From Actinomycetota bacterium (GTDB lineage: Bacteria > Actinomycetota > Acidimicrobiia > Spongiisociales > UBA5794), in NCBI GenBank assembly GCA_034660035.1, contig JAYEIJ010000079.1:2405-62225 (forward strand): a stretch of 59,821 bases of DNA. The letters run 5' to 3'. Below, in pieces: positions 17,842 through 26,695 of the stretch. A program made the position numbers and the translations under genes. The stretch's first letter is position 1. Each line of letters begins with the position of its first letter. The notes below the pieces were generated by a model. That model was given only the letters and a program-made list of their open reading frames with translations. It was not told the origin of the DNA and ran no database searches.

Positions 17842-18867
17842 ATGAGCGTCATTGGAGTCCTGACGGCCGGCGGGGATTGTCCCGGTCTCAACGCCGTCAT
17901 CCGAGGCATCGTGGCTCGCGCTCAGGAGCGCGACTCCGAGGTGCTCGGCATCAGGAACGGCTGGGAAGGCCTCATGAACGGCCTGACCGTATCGCTCGAC
18001 CGGGATGCCGTGCGCGGCATTCTGGCGAGGGGCGGAACGATCCTCGGAACGTCGCGCATGGACCCCTACGTCCACGGTGACGGCTACGCCTCGTGCGAAC
18101 GGACCATCAAGGCCAACGGCATCGACAGCCTCATCGTCATCGGAGGCGACGGGACGCTGCGATCGGCGCTGAAGCTCTCTGAAGAAGGGCTGCCGGTCAT
18201 CGGTGTGCCGAAGACAATCGACAACGACATCTGCGGCACGGACGTGACGTTCGGGTTCGACACCGCGGTCGGCATCGCGACCGAAGCGATAGACAGACTC
18301 GCAACCACGGCCGAATCCCACAACCGGGTGATCGTGGTTGAGGTGATGGGCCGGACGAAAGGTTGGATCGCCACGTACGCCGGGATCGCCGGCGGTGCCG
18401 ACGCCATCATCGTCCCCGAGTACGAGTACGACATCGACGACGTCGTCGACACACTTCGCCGGAGGCACCGGAAGGGCATCAAGTACTCGATCGTCGTCGT
18501 CGCTGAGGGGGTGCATCCACCACCCGGATACGAACCCGCCGAGCAGAAGAAGGACGCGTTCGGGTTCGATCGACTCGGCGGTGTGGGCTACCTCATCGCA
18601 GCGGCGATCGAGGATCGCACCGGCTTCGAGGCCCGTGTCTCCGTGCTCGGTCACGTCCAGCGCGGCGGCACCCCTTCTGCCTTCGACCGGGTCCTGGCGA
18701 CACGGCTCGGTGTCGGTGCTGCCGATCTCGCCATCAACGGAGAGTCCGGTGTGATGGTGGCGCTGCGTTCGATGAACATCGAGTCCGTGCCACTGAGCGA
18801 AGCCGTTGACACGATCCGCGGCGTCCCGGAGAGACTGTTCAAGACAGCGAGCACGTTCTTCGGGTAG
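17842..18867 (+). CDS. pfkA: 6-phosphofructokinase (actinobacterial PfkA type)
   Basis: GVLTAGGDCPGLN, IGGDGTL and PKTIDND motifs; 341 aa. Confidence 0.85.
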   Translation: MSVIGVLTAGGDCPGLNAVIRGIVARAQERDSEVLGIRNGWEGLMNGLTVSLDRDAVRGILARGGTILGTSRMDPYVHGDGYASCERTIKANGIDSLIVIGGDGTLRSALKLSEEGLPVIGVPKTIDNDICGTDVTFGFDTAVGIATEAIDRLATTAESHNRVIVVEVMGRTKGWIATYAGIAGGADAIIVPEYEYDIDDVVDTLRRRHRKGIKYSIVVVAEGVHPPPGYEPAEQKKDAFGFDRLGGVGYLIAAAIEDRTGFEARVSVLGHVQRGGTPSAFDRVLATRLGVGAADLAINGESGVMVALRSMNIESVPLSEAVDTIRGVPERLFKTASTFFG

Positions 18868-18898
18868 GGACTGCGGACTACACCCGGCGCAGCCGGGT
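18868..18898. terminator. 2 x GGACTRC heptamer plus hairpin ACCCGGC-GCA-GCCGGGT between convergent pfkA and WS/DGAT
   Basis: Its reverse complement matches 7651-7673 at 22 of 23 positions. Located between two convergent stop codons (18865-18867 and 18901-18903). No U-tract. Confidence 0.5.
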
Positions 18899-18900
18899 CG

Positions 18901-20412
18901 TCACGTTCCTATCGGGGGGCGCTTCCTGGGGGTTGACTTCGTCGGTTTCTTCGCCTTCGGGGTCTTCTTCTTCGGCGGTTTCCGCTCGGGGGCTTGCTCG
19001 GCAGCCTCCACGAGTTCTGCGAACGAGTCGAGGATCGCTACTCCGAATCGGTCCAGATCCGGCATGATCCCGTAGTCGCCGTTGATCCCCCACGAGACCG
19101 TGCCGTCGTACGAGAACATCGCCAGGCCTATGCCGTGGCTCTCCCACAGGGGAACGAGGGCGTACGTCGCTTCGACGCGAGCGTCCAGGAGGTACAGCGG
19201 GAACTGGGGTCCCGGAACGTTCGTGACGGTCATGTTGAATGGCCGTGCGTTCGCGGCGAGGCGAGCCCCGAGGGCCACCAGCGTCGCCGGCGCTCCTGCC
19301 GAAACGCGTACGAGCGTCGCGGCCCCGAGCGCCTGGTCCGTGTCCTTGAGCTTCTCGGTCTCGGCGTTCACCGCTCGCAGCCGTGACGCCGGGTCGGCGT
19401 CGTCGATCGGGAGCGCCGCGAGCCACATGGCTACCTGGTTTCCGAGCGTCCCGCGCTGGTCCTTGGAGCGAACGCTCACCGGCGCCATCACGCGGAAGTC
19501 CGCTCCTTCGAGATCCTTTGCGGAAGCGTCGCGTTCTCTGAGGAGGAACAGCCGGACCGCGCCGGCCACAGTGGCGAGGAACACGTCGTTGACGGTGCCA
19601 CCGAGTTTGTTCTTGACCATCTTCACGTCGGCGAGCGGTATGTTGACCCAATCGAACCTGCGCCCGGGCCCGATGTCCCCGTTGATCGCCGTCTTGCCCG
19701 TCGGGGTGAGCCAACCGGACGCCAGTGAGGCTCCCACTGCCTGTAGCCGGCTGCCGTACGACTCGACCAACCCTGTCGCGTTCCCGACGACGCTCTGGAT
19801 ATTCATGATCGAACCGACCGTTTCCGAGATGCGTCGCGTCGTCTCACGCACCAGCAGTTCGGTTCCGTTCGGCGCTGGACGAGGCTCGTAGACCGGCGCA
19901 GGGAGGATCTCGCCGGACGGCACAAGCGACATGAGCACTGCCATCAGGTCGACGCCGGACATGCCGTCGATCATGCAGTGGTGGATCTTCGTGACGATCG
20001 CGAAGCGTCCATGGTCGAGCCCTTCAACGACGACCATCTCCCACATCGGCTTGGAACGGTCGAGTTGCTGGGACATCAACCGGCCGGCGATCCGCTTCAG
20101 TTGCTCCTCGGTGCCGGGGCGGGGAAGAGCGATGTGGCGGATGTGGTACTCGATGGTGAAGTGATCGTCGTCGACCCACACCGGATGCCGTTCGATCGGA
20201 ACCCTGGCGAGTCGCTGCCGGTACCTCGGGATCATGTACAGCTTCGATTCGATGAAGGCCCGGAGTCGTTCGACATCGATCCCGCCGTCCTCCCGGGCGA
20301 ACGATCCGGAGTCGAAGACCGTGACCGCCCCCACGTGCATGTGGGTTGATCGCGATTCGAGCGCGAGGAACGAGTTGTCGAGCGCCGACAAGCGTTCGTA
20401 GTGAATCGACAT
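18901..20412 (-). CDS. wax ester synthase/diacylglycerol acyltransferase (WS/DGAT)
   Basis: Catalytic HHCMIDGMSG (HHxxxDG) motif. Start trimmed to ATG 20412 (MSIHYERLSALDNSFL) preceded by AGGAGG. Unusual Lys/Pro-rich C-terminal tail (KPPKKKTPKAKKPTKSTPRKRPP). Confidence 0.85.
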   Translation of the reverse strand: MSIHYERLSALDNSFLALESRSTHMHVGAVTVFDSGSFAREDGGIDVERLRAFIESKLYMIPRYRQRLARVPIERHPVWVDDDHFTIEYHIRHIALPRPGTEEQLKRIAGRLMSQQLDRSKPMWEMVVVEGLDHGRFAIVTKIHHCMIDGMSGVDLMAVLMSLVPSGEILPAPVYEPRPAPNGTELLVRETTRRISETVGSIMNIQSVVGNATGLVESYGSRLQAVGASLASGWLTPTGKTAINGDIGPGRRFDWVNIPLADVKMVKNKLGGTVNDVFLATVAGAVRLFLLRERDASAKDLEGADFRVMAPVSVRSKDQRGTLGNQVAMWLAALPIDDADPASRLRAVNAETEKLKDTDQALGAATLVRVSAGAPATLVALGARLAANARPFNMTVTNVPGPQFPLYLLDARVEATYALVPLWESHGIGLAMFSYDGTVSWGINGDYGIMPDLDRFGVAILDSFAELVEAAEQAPERKPPKKKTPKAKKPTKSTPRKRPPIGT

Positions 20413-20463
20413 TGGACCTCCTACGGGCAATCTAGCGGTTCGATCTCCGGCACTCCACCCCGA

Positions 20464-21396
20464 TCACTCAACTGCTCCCCGGGTCGGCGGCCCCACTTCA
20501 CTCAGCGATCCGACGAGATCCGCGGGCAGTTCCGCATGGACCGTCAGCGGCCCCGATCCCGACGGGTGCTCGAACGTCAAAGCCTCAGCGTGGAGCCATG
20601 TTCTGCCCGGATCACCCGGCATCTTTCGTCCCGGCCCATAGACGGAATCTCCGATGATCGGATGATCGATGGCGCGCATGTGGACGCGGATCTGGTGTGT
20701 GCGTCCGGTCTCGAGGGTGACGGCCAGCAAAGACTCGTCGTGATCCTCCCAGTCGGCGAGGCGACGGTAGTGAGTGCGTGCCGGTCGACCTCCCTCGGTC
20801 ACGGTCATCCGGGTCGGGTGTGCATGATCTCGCCCGACGGGTGCATCGATCGTGCCGTTGGTATTGGTGAACCGTCCCGAAACCAGGGTGAGGTAGCGCC
20901 GGTTGACGGCACGCTTCTTGAGTGCCGCCTGAAGGTTCTCGAATGCGGCGGGGGTTTTGGCCACGATGAGGAGTCCCGAAGTGTCGCGATCGATGCGGTG
21001 GACGATCCCCCATCGATGCTCCGGACCGAGTTGAGCGATCTCCGGGATGCGGGCCAGAAGCCCGTTCGCAAGGGTTCCACCCGACCGCCCGGCACCGGGA
21101 TGAACAACGACTCCCGCGGGTTTGTCGACGACGACCACGTCGTCGTCCTCGAACGCGATGGCGAACTCGACGTCGACGTCTGCCACGACAGGGGTCTCAT
21201 CGGCGACGAGGTCAACGTCGATCGCATCACCGGCTGCGACCCTATCGGCCGGTGAAAGGTTGCTTCCGTCTCGTACGACGCCACCGGACTCGATCGTCGA
21301 TTTGGCGATCCTCCGACTGACCCCGCAGAGGATCGCGATAGATCGATCGACTCGCTCACCGTCGAGTTCCTGAGGGATCTCCAGTCGCTCGCTCAT
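20464..21396 (-). CDS. rluD: 23S rRNA pseudouridine synthase, RluA/RluD family
   Basis: N-terminal S4-like region and catalytic HRIDRDTSGLLIVAK motif. 4-nt overlap with lspA. Confidence 0.85.
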   Translation of the reverse strand: MSERLEIPQELDGERVDRSIAILCGVSRRIAKSTIESGGVVRDGSNLSPADRVAAGDAIDVDLVADETPVVADVDVEFAIAFEDDDVVVVDKPAGVVVHPGAGRSGGTLANGLLARIPEIAQLGPEHRWGIVHRIDRDTSGLLIVAKTPAAFENLQAALKKRAVNRRYLTLVSGRFTNTNGTIDAPVGRDHAHPTRMTVTEGGRPARTHYRRLADWEDHDESLLAVTLETGRTHQIRVHMRAIDHPIIGDSVYGPGRKMPGDPGRTWLHAEALTFEHPSGSGPLTVHAELPADLVGSLSEVGPPTRGAVE

Positions 21397-21932
21397 CGGC
21401 GGAGGAAGGCGCCGACGAGGAGCAACCCGACACCGATGTTGATGGCGATGTCGGCGACGTTGAACGTCGCGAAGAACGGGACGTTGATGAAATCGACCAC
21501 GGCCCCGTCGAGGAATCCATCCCCGCGAAAGAGCCGGTCGAGAAGGTTGCCGATCGCCCCACCGAGCACGAGCCCGAGAGCGACCGCATCCAGTCGATGT
21601 CCTGCTTCGCGTAGGGCGAAGAAGATCATGACCACAACGCCGATGACGACGAGCCCGATGATCGCGCCGCCCTTCGCGAACAGGGAGAACGATGCACCGG
21701 TGTTGAAGAACAGCCGGAGATTCAACACCCCGTCGATGAGGACGATCGGGCCGTCATCAAGCGTGCGAACAGCCCATGCTTTCGTCAACTGGTCCACGAT
21801 CACCACGACCGCGGCGATCGCTCCGGCGAGAAGACGGAGCTTCAGCGCCGGGATGCCGCTTCCACCGTCGTCGTCGCGTACGGAAGGGCTTCCAGCCTCG
21901 CTACCGGGATCGGATCCCCCGTTATTTCGCAT
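21393..21932 (-). CDS. lspA: lipoprotein signal peptidase II
   Basis: 4 TM helices and conserved FNVADIAINIG region. The only in-frame start is ATG 21932, which overlaps the upstream gene by 91 nt. Confidence 0.8.
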   Translation of the reverse strand: MRNNGGSDPGSEAGSPSVRDDDGGSGIPALKLRLLAGAIAAVVVIVDQLTKAWAVRTLDDGPIVLIDGVLNLRLFFNTGASFSLFAKGGAIIGLVVIGVVVMIFFALREAGHRLDAVALGLVLGGAIGNLLDRLFRGDGFLDGAVVDFINVPFFATFNVADIAINIGVGLLLVGAFLRR

Positions 21933-22213
21933 GTCCCGTATAGGCCCTTCTCCATCCGGCTCTGTGCGTGGAGCACCTTCTCGAGCAACTGCTTCGCGTT
22001 CTGCTCCACGGAGACGTCCATCTCCATTTCGAGCGCCAGCGAGCCCCCGTCGGCGTTGTCCGGATCCGGGTTGTGCTCGGATGCGCTCTCGGCCAAACGG
22101 CCGGCCTCACGCTGTCGATCGATCTCTTCGAGAATCGTAGTGAGACGCACCCGTTCGTTCTCGAGCTTTCGCTCGAGACGCTCCAACGTCGATGCAGCCA
22201 ACTCCCTGGACAT
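21842..22213 (-). CDS. DksA/TraR-family protein with degenerate zinc finger
   Basis: Coiled-coil N-terminal part plus C-terminal GLYGTCEITGDPIPVARLEALPYATTTVE, which aligns to the CxxC-x17-CxxC finger but keeps one Cys. Start set to ATG 22213 after GGGGAG. Confidence 0.65.
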   Translation of the reverse strand: MSRELAASTLERLERKLENERVRLTTILEEIDRQREAGRLAESASEHNPDPDNADGGSLALEMEMDVSVEQNAKQLLEKVLHAQSRMEKGLYGTCEITGDPIPVARLEALPYATTTVEAASRR

Positions 22214-22268
22214 ACGTCTCCCCGATTCGGACCGAGACCATAACAGCCGGAGCGAAGTTCGTGGTGCC

Positions 22269-22547
22269 TCATCCTTCGAGCACATCCACGACGGTCGCTG
22301 AATCGACCCCACGCATGAGGACGGTCTTCGATGATGACGTGCGACCCTTCACGATCTCAGCTCGACCCCCCACGACCATCTCGAGGAGATCGATAACCGC
22401 CCGGTTGGCGCGTCCGCCTTCGGGCGGAGCTGAGACACGGATCTTGATCGTGTCACCGTACCGGCCCTTGATCTCGGCTCGCGAGGCCCCAGGAACAACG
22501 CGCAGGCGCACCATGACGCCGTCGTCGTGTTCGGAGATGGGATCCAT
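22269..22547 (-). CDS. yggU: DUF167 (YggU-like) protein
   Basis: 92 aa from ATG 22547. VRLRVVPGASRAEI...IRVSAPPEGGRANRAVIDLL matches the DUF167 pattern. Confidence 0.7.
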   Translation of the reverse strand: MDPISEHDDGVMVRLRVVPGASRAEIKGRYGDTIKIRVSAPPEGGRANRAVIDLLEMVVGGRAEIVKGRTSSSKTVLMRGVDSATVVDVLEG

Positions 22548-22571
22548 GCCATCAACGTACCGCCGTCGGCG

Positions 22572-22678
22572 CTCGTAGCCGCCGAACGCGAACAAAGATG
22601 CCATCACGATTAGCCTCTCTACACGAGTGGTAGCGCGGGCCACCTCGTCCCGGCGAACCCGAGAACCCCGGAGGAGCC
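22572..22678 (+). promoter_or_regulatory. candidate ileS T-box leader (translational type)
   Basis: GAGUGGUAGCGCGGG at 22625-22639 matches the T-box core GGGUGGUACCGCGGG at 13 of 15 positions. An AUC-A triplet at 22603-22606 could be an Ile specifier. A CU-rich CCUCGUCCC lies 30 nt upstream of the SD GGAGGA (22670-22675). The full fold is not verified. Confidence 0.35.
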
Positions 22679-25600
22679 GTGACCGATCAGAACCCATCAC
22701 CCACCTTCTCCCGGGTTACCCCGGGCGTCGATCTCCCGGAACTCGACGGTCGCATCCTCGCGCTCTGGGATCGGATCGATGCCTTCCACTCCTCCGTCGA
22801 GATGCGCCCCGCGGAGTCGGAGTACACCTTCTACGACGGCCCTCCGTTCGCGACCGGGACGCCTCACTACGGTCACATCCTTCAAGCCGTCGTCAAGGAC
22901 ATCGTTCCCCGCTACTGGACCATGCGCGGGCATCGCGTCGAGCGCCGCTTCGGCTGGGACACCCACGGCCTTCCCATCGAGATGGAGGTTCAGAAACTCC
23001 TCGGAATCTCCGGACCGCGTGAGATCGAGGAGTTCGGCGTCGCACGGTTCAATGAAGCCGCGCGAGATCTCGTCGAGCACACCACAACGGCCTTCTACGA
23101 CGTCACTCGTCGAGTCGGCCGTTGGGTGGATTTCGAAGACAACTACAAGACCATGGACATCGAGTTCATGGAGTCGGTCTGGTGGGGGTTCAAACAACTC
23201 TGGGATCGCGGCCTGATCTACAAGGCGTTCAAGGTACTCCCCTACTCCTGGGGCGCCACGACGTCGCTCTCGAACTTCGAGGTGAACCTCGGTGGGTACC
23301 GCGACGTCGAGGATCCGTCGGTAACACTGCGGCTACCCATCACCGACGGCAACGATCATGCCATCATCGGCGACTACCTCCTGGTCTGGACGACGACGCC
23401 CTGGACACTTCCGGGGAATCTCGCTGTCGCTGTCGGCGAGGACATCGAGTACGTACGGGTTGCAGACGAAGGAGACCACTACTGGGTCGCGCGGGAACGA
23501 GTCGGTGACCTCTGGAGCGACACACTGCCGGAGATCATCGCTGCCGCGTCCGGCGCCGATCTGCTCGGGATCGCCTACGAACCTCCCTTCCCCCACTTCG
23601 AAGACGAGCGCGAGAACGGGGCGTTCCGGGTGATAGCGATGGATGAGGTGACGACGGAGGACGGGACCGGACTGGTCCACACCGCACCCGCCTACGGCGA
23701 AGCGGACTTCTTCGCCCTTCGGAAGGCCGGAATCTCCGCTCTCGTCGACCCGATCGACCTCGAAGCCCGGTTCACCGACGAGTTTCCCGAGGTCGAGGGT
23801 CTCCACGTCAAGGCGGCGGATCCCATCCTGACCACATTGCTGCGGGACCGGGGCGTGCTCGTGCACGAGGGCGTGATCACCCACAGCTACCCGTTCTGTT
23901 GGCGCACGGATACTCCCCTGATCTACAAGGCCATCCCGAGTTGGTACGTCAACGTGGAGTCGATCAAGGACCGGATGGTCGAATTGAACAACGACATCCA
24001 CTGGGTCCCCGACTACGTCGGCGCCAAGAGATTCGGCAACTGGCTCGAAGGCGCCAGGGACTACGCGATCTCCCGGAACCGTTTCTGGGGTACCACGATC
24101 CCCATCTGGGAATGCGACTCGTGTGACGAGACCGTGTGCCTCGGATCCCGTGATGAACTCGAAGCGTTGAGCGGCGTATGGACCGACGATCTCCACAAGC
24201 ACATCCTCGATCCGATCACCTGGCCGTGCAACACGTGCGACGGCACGATGATCCGCGTCCCCGAGGTGCTCGATACGTGGTTCGACTCCGGCTCCATGCC
24301 GTACGCCCAGGTCCACTACCCGTTCGAGAACAAGGAACGATTCGAGCGCGGCTTCCCCGCGAACTTCATCGCAGAGGGCCTCGATCAGACCCGTGGCTGG
24401 TTCTATACGCTGCTGATCCTGTCGACCGGGATCTTCGACACGGCGCCGTTCCAGAACTGCGTCGTCACCGGCATGGTCCTTGCCGAGGACGGTCGGAAGA
24501 TGTCGAAGAGCCTGAAGAACTACCCCGATCCGTCACACGTTCTCGACGAGTTCGGTGCCGATGCACTTCGAGCGTATCTCATCAACTCTCCCGTGGTTCG
24601 CGCCGATCCGCTCCGCTTCTCGGAAGACGGTGTTCGCGAAGTTGTCAGAACAGTGCTGCTTCCATGGTGGAACGCCTTCTCGTTCTTCACGACCTATGCC
24701 GAGGCCGACGCCATCACGGACGCGGATCTCGCCGCAGCCCCGCCCGTCGCAGAACGACCGGAGATCGACCGCTGGATCCTCTCCGTCCTCCAAACCCTCA
24801 TCGCGAGCGTCAACCGCGAGATGGAGTCGTACCGTCTCTTCGCCGTGACACCACCCATCATCGGATTCGTGGAGCACCTGACGAACTGGTACATCCGCAG
24901 GTCCCGGCGGCGCTTCTGGTCCCACCGGGGAGGAGGTGACGAGAGGAGCAAACTGGCCGCCTTCGCCACGCTTCACGAAGTGCTCCTCACGTTCGCTACC
25001 GTCGCCGCTCCCGTACTGCCGTTCATGGCAGAGGAGATGTACCAACGTCTCGCTCGGCCGTCTGAGACCTCGGCCCGGCAAAGCGTGCACCTGCTCGACT
25101 ACCCCAACGCCGACAGAGCGATGATCGACACGGAACTCGAATCGGCGATGGCGGCATCGAGGACGGTCGTCAATCTCGGCCGGACACTGAGGAAGCGGAA
25201 CGATCTGAGGGTCCGCCAACCGCTCGCTCTCGTAACGATCGTCGCCGGAGACTCCGGACTCCGTCGGGCGATCGAGACGCACACAGCTCTCATCGCTGAG
25301 GAGCTCAACGTTCGCTCCGTGAAGGTCCACGACAACGAAGCCGATCTGGTTGAACTGTCGGCGAAGGCCGACTTCAAGCGTCTTGGACCCCGGTTCGGGA
25401 AGGAGACGAAGGCCATCGCCGCGGCGATCGCGCTTCTCGATCACGATGCCGTTGTCGAACTCCTCGAAATCGGTGAGATCACAGTCGCTGAGAATGTGCT
25501 GACCGCTGAGGATTTCGTGGTCCTCCGCAGCCCGCGCGAGGGAACCGTCGTCGCCACGGAGGGTTCGATCACCGTTGCACTCGATATCCATCTCACAGAT

Positions 25601-25858
25601 GACCTTCTCATCGAGGGCGTCGCGCGCGAACTCGTCAACCGGATACAGATGATGCGACGCTCAGAGGGCTACGAAGTGGCCGATCGAATCCGACTTCGTT
25701 GGAACTCCGAAGACGCCCCGATCGTCGATGCGTTCGACGTTCACAATGATTTCATCGCCGGCGAGGTGCTGGCAACCGAGATCGTGCGAGACGGGTCGAT
25801 GACCTCGGATCCCATCATCGTCGATGGCGCCGCCGTCGTCCTCGGTATCGACCGATAG
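22679..25858 (+). CDS. ileS: isoleucine--tRNA ligase
   Basis: 1059 aa. HIGH-type motif PHYGHIL and KMSKS motif present. Colinear with class I IleRS. Confidence 0.95.
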   Translation: MTDQNPSPTFSRVTPGVDLPELDGRILALWDRIDAFHSSVEMRPAESEYTFYDGPPFATGTPHYGHILQAVVKDIVPRYWTMRGHRVERRFGWDTHGLPIEMEVQKLLGISGPREIEEFGVARFNEAARDLVEHTTTAFYDVTRRVGRWVDFEDNYKTMDIEFMESVWWGFKQLWDRGLIYKAFKVLPYSWGATTSLSNFEVNLGGYRDVEDPSVTLRLPITDGNDHAIIGDYLLVWTTTPWTLPGNLAVAVGEDIEYVRVADEGDHYWVARERVGDLWSDTLPEIIAAASGADLLGIAYEPPFPHFEDERENGAFRVIAMDEVTTEDGTGLVHTAPAYGEADFFALRKAGISALVDPIDLEARFTDEFPEVEGLHVKAADPILTTLLRDRGVLVHEGVITHSYPFCWRTDTPLIYKAIPSWYVNVESIKDRMVELNNDIHWVPDYVGAKRFGNWLEGARDYAISRNRFWGTTIPIWECDSCDETVCLGSRDELEALSGVWTDDLHKHILDPITWPCNTCDGTMIRVPEVLDTWFDSGSMPYAQVHYPFENKERFERGFPANFIAEGLDQTRGWFYTLLILSTGIFDTAPFQNCVVTGMVLAEDGRKMSKSLKNYPDPSHVLDEFGADALRAYLINSPVVRADPLRFSEDGVREVVRTVLLPWWNAFSFFTTYAEADAITDADLAAAPPVAERPEIDRWILSVLQTLIASVNREMESYRLFAVTPPIIGFVEHLTNWYIRRSRRRFWSHRGGGDERSKLAAFATLHEVLLTFATVAAPVLPFMAEEMYQRLARPSETSARQSVHLLDYPNADRAMIDTELESAMAASRTVVNLGRTLRKRNDLRVRQPLALVTIVAGDSGLRRAIETHTALIAEELNVRSVKVHDNEADLVELSAKADFKRLGPRFGKETKAIAAAIALLDHDAVVELLEIGEITVAENVLTAEDFVVLRSPREGTVVATEGSITVALDIHLTDDLLIEGVARELVNRIQMMRRSEGYEVADRIRLRWNSEDAPIVDAFDVHNDFIAGEVLATEIVRDGSMTSDPIIVDGAAVVLGIDR

Positions 25859-25862
25859 CCTT

Positions 25863-26129
25863 CTAGCAGAGGAACACGAGCAGCAGGTTGACGCCGATGA
25901 TGAGGATGAGTGGGGAGAGGTCGAGTGCTGCTCCCCCGATTCTCACGGGTGGGATGACGCTTCGGATCGGACTCATGAGCGGCTCGATCACCCTGGAGAG
26001 TCCGTCGTAGAGACGTCGGACTGGATGATCGAATCCCAGTCGTCCGAACGAGACCACATAGCTCAGAACGATCCAGGCGATCATGACCCAGATCGCCAGC
26101 CGAAGAACGCCGCACACGATTCCAAGCAT
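25863..26129 (-). CDS. yggT: YggT family membrane protein
   Basis: 88-aa two-TM protein in the conserved position after sepF. Confidence 0.8.
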   Translation of the reverse strand: MLGIVCGVLRLAIWVMIAWIVLSYVVSFGRLGFDHPVRRLYDGLSRVIEPLMSPIRSVIPPVRIGGAALDLSPLILIIGVNLLLVFLC

Positions 26130-26132
26130 GGA

Positions 26133-26693
26133 TCAGGACGATCGGTAGAGTCCGAGTGTGCCGAGGCGGTCGAGTTCCTCACTGCTCACGGAGACACCCG
26201 CCGGACTGACGAGAATGACGCCCTGCGAGATCTTCGCCATCTTGCCATCGAGCGCGTATGTGAGTCCCGACGTGAAATCGACGAGCCTACGGACCATCTC
26301 AGGTTCGGTCGACCGAAGATCGAGCGCGAGAGCGCTGCCGGATCGGATACCGTCGGCAAGCAGTTGGGCATCGGAGAAGTTCCGCGCAACGATGACATCG
26401 ATCGATCCAGGAGACGGGATCCGGGTCGACTCGATCGGTCGTTCCGCATGATCCCCCGGCTGCACATAGACCCCTGCCTCGGTGTGATCCCAGGATGACT
26501 CTCTGCGATCCGATGTCGGTGGTTCGATGCGGCGTCCGGCGACACTCCCGGGTGGGCGAGCCGTGACGGCACGTGGCGATTCGGCACCCGGACTACCTGT
26601 CGGCGCTCCGGCTCCTGTCTGTCCACCATCGGCGGCATCGTCGTCATCTACGAGGCCGAGGTAAAAGAGCGTCTTCTGCCAGAACGTTGCCAT
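26133..26693 (-). CDS. sepF: cell division protein SepF
   Basis: N-terminal membrane-targeting helix MATFWQKTLFYLGLVDD, low-complexity linker, C-terminal SepF core. Start ATG 26693 (TTG 26699 also possible). Confidence 0.85.
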   Translation of the reverse strand: MATFWQKTLFYLGLVDDDDAADGGQTGAGAPTGSPGAESPRAVTARPPGSVAGRRIEPPTSDRRESSWDHTEAGVYVQPGDHAERPIESTRIPSPGSIDVIVARNFSDAQLLADGIRSGSALALDLRSTEPEMVRRLVDFTSGLTYALDGKMAKISQGVILVSPAGVSVSSEELDRLGTLGLYRSS

Positions 26694-26695
26694 AG

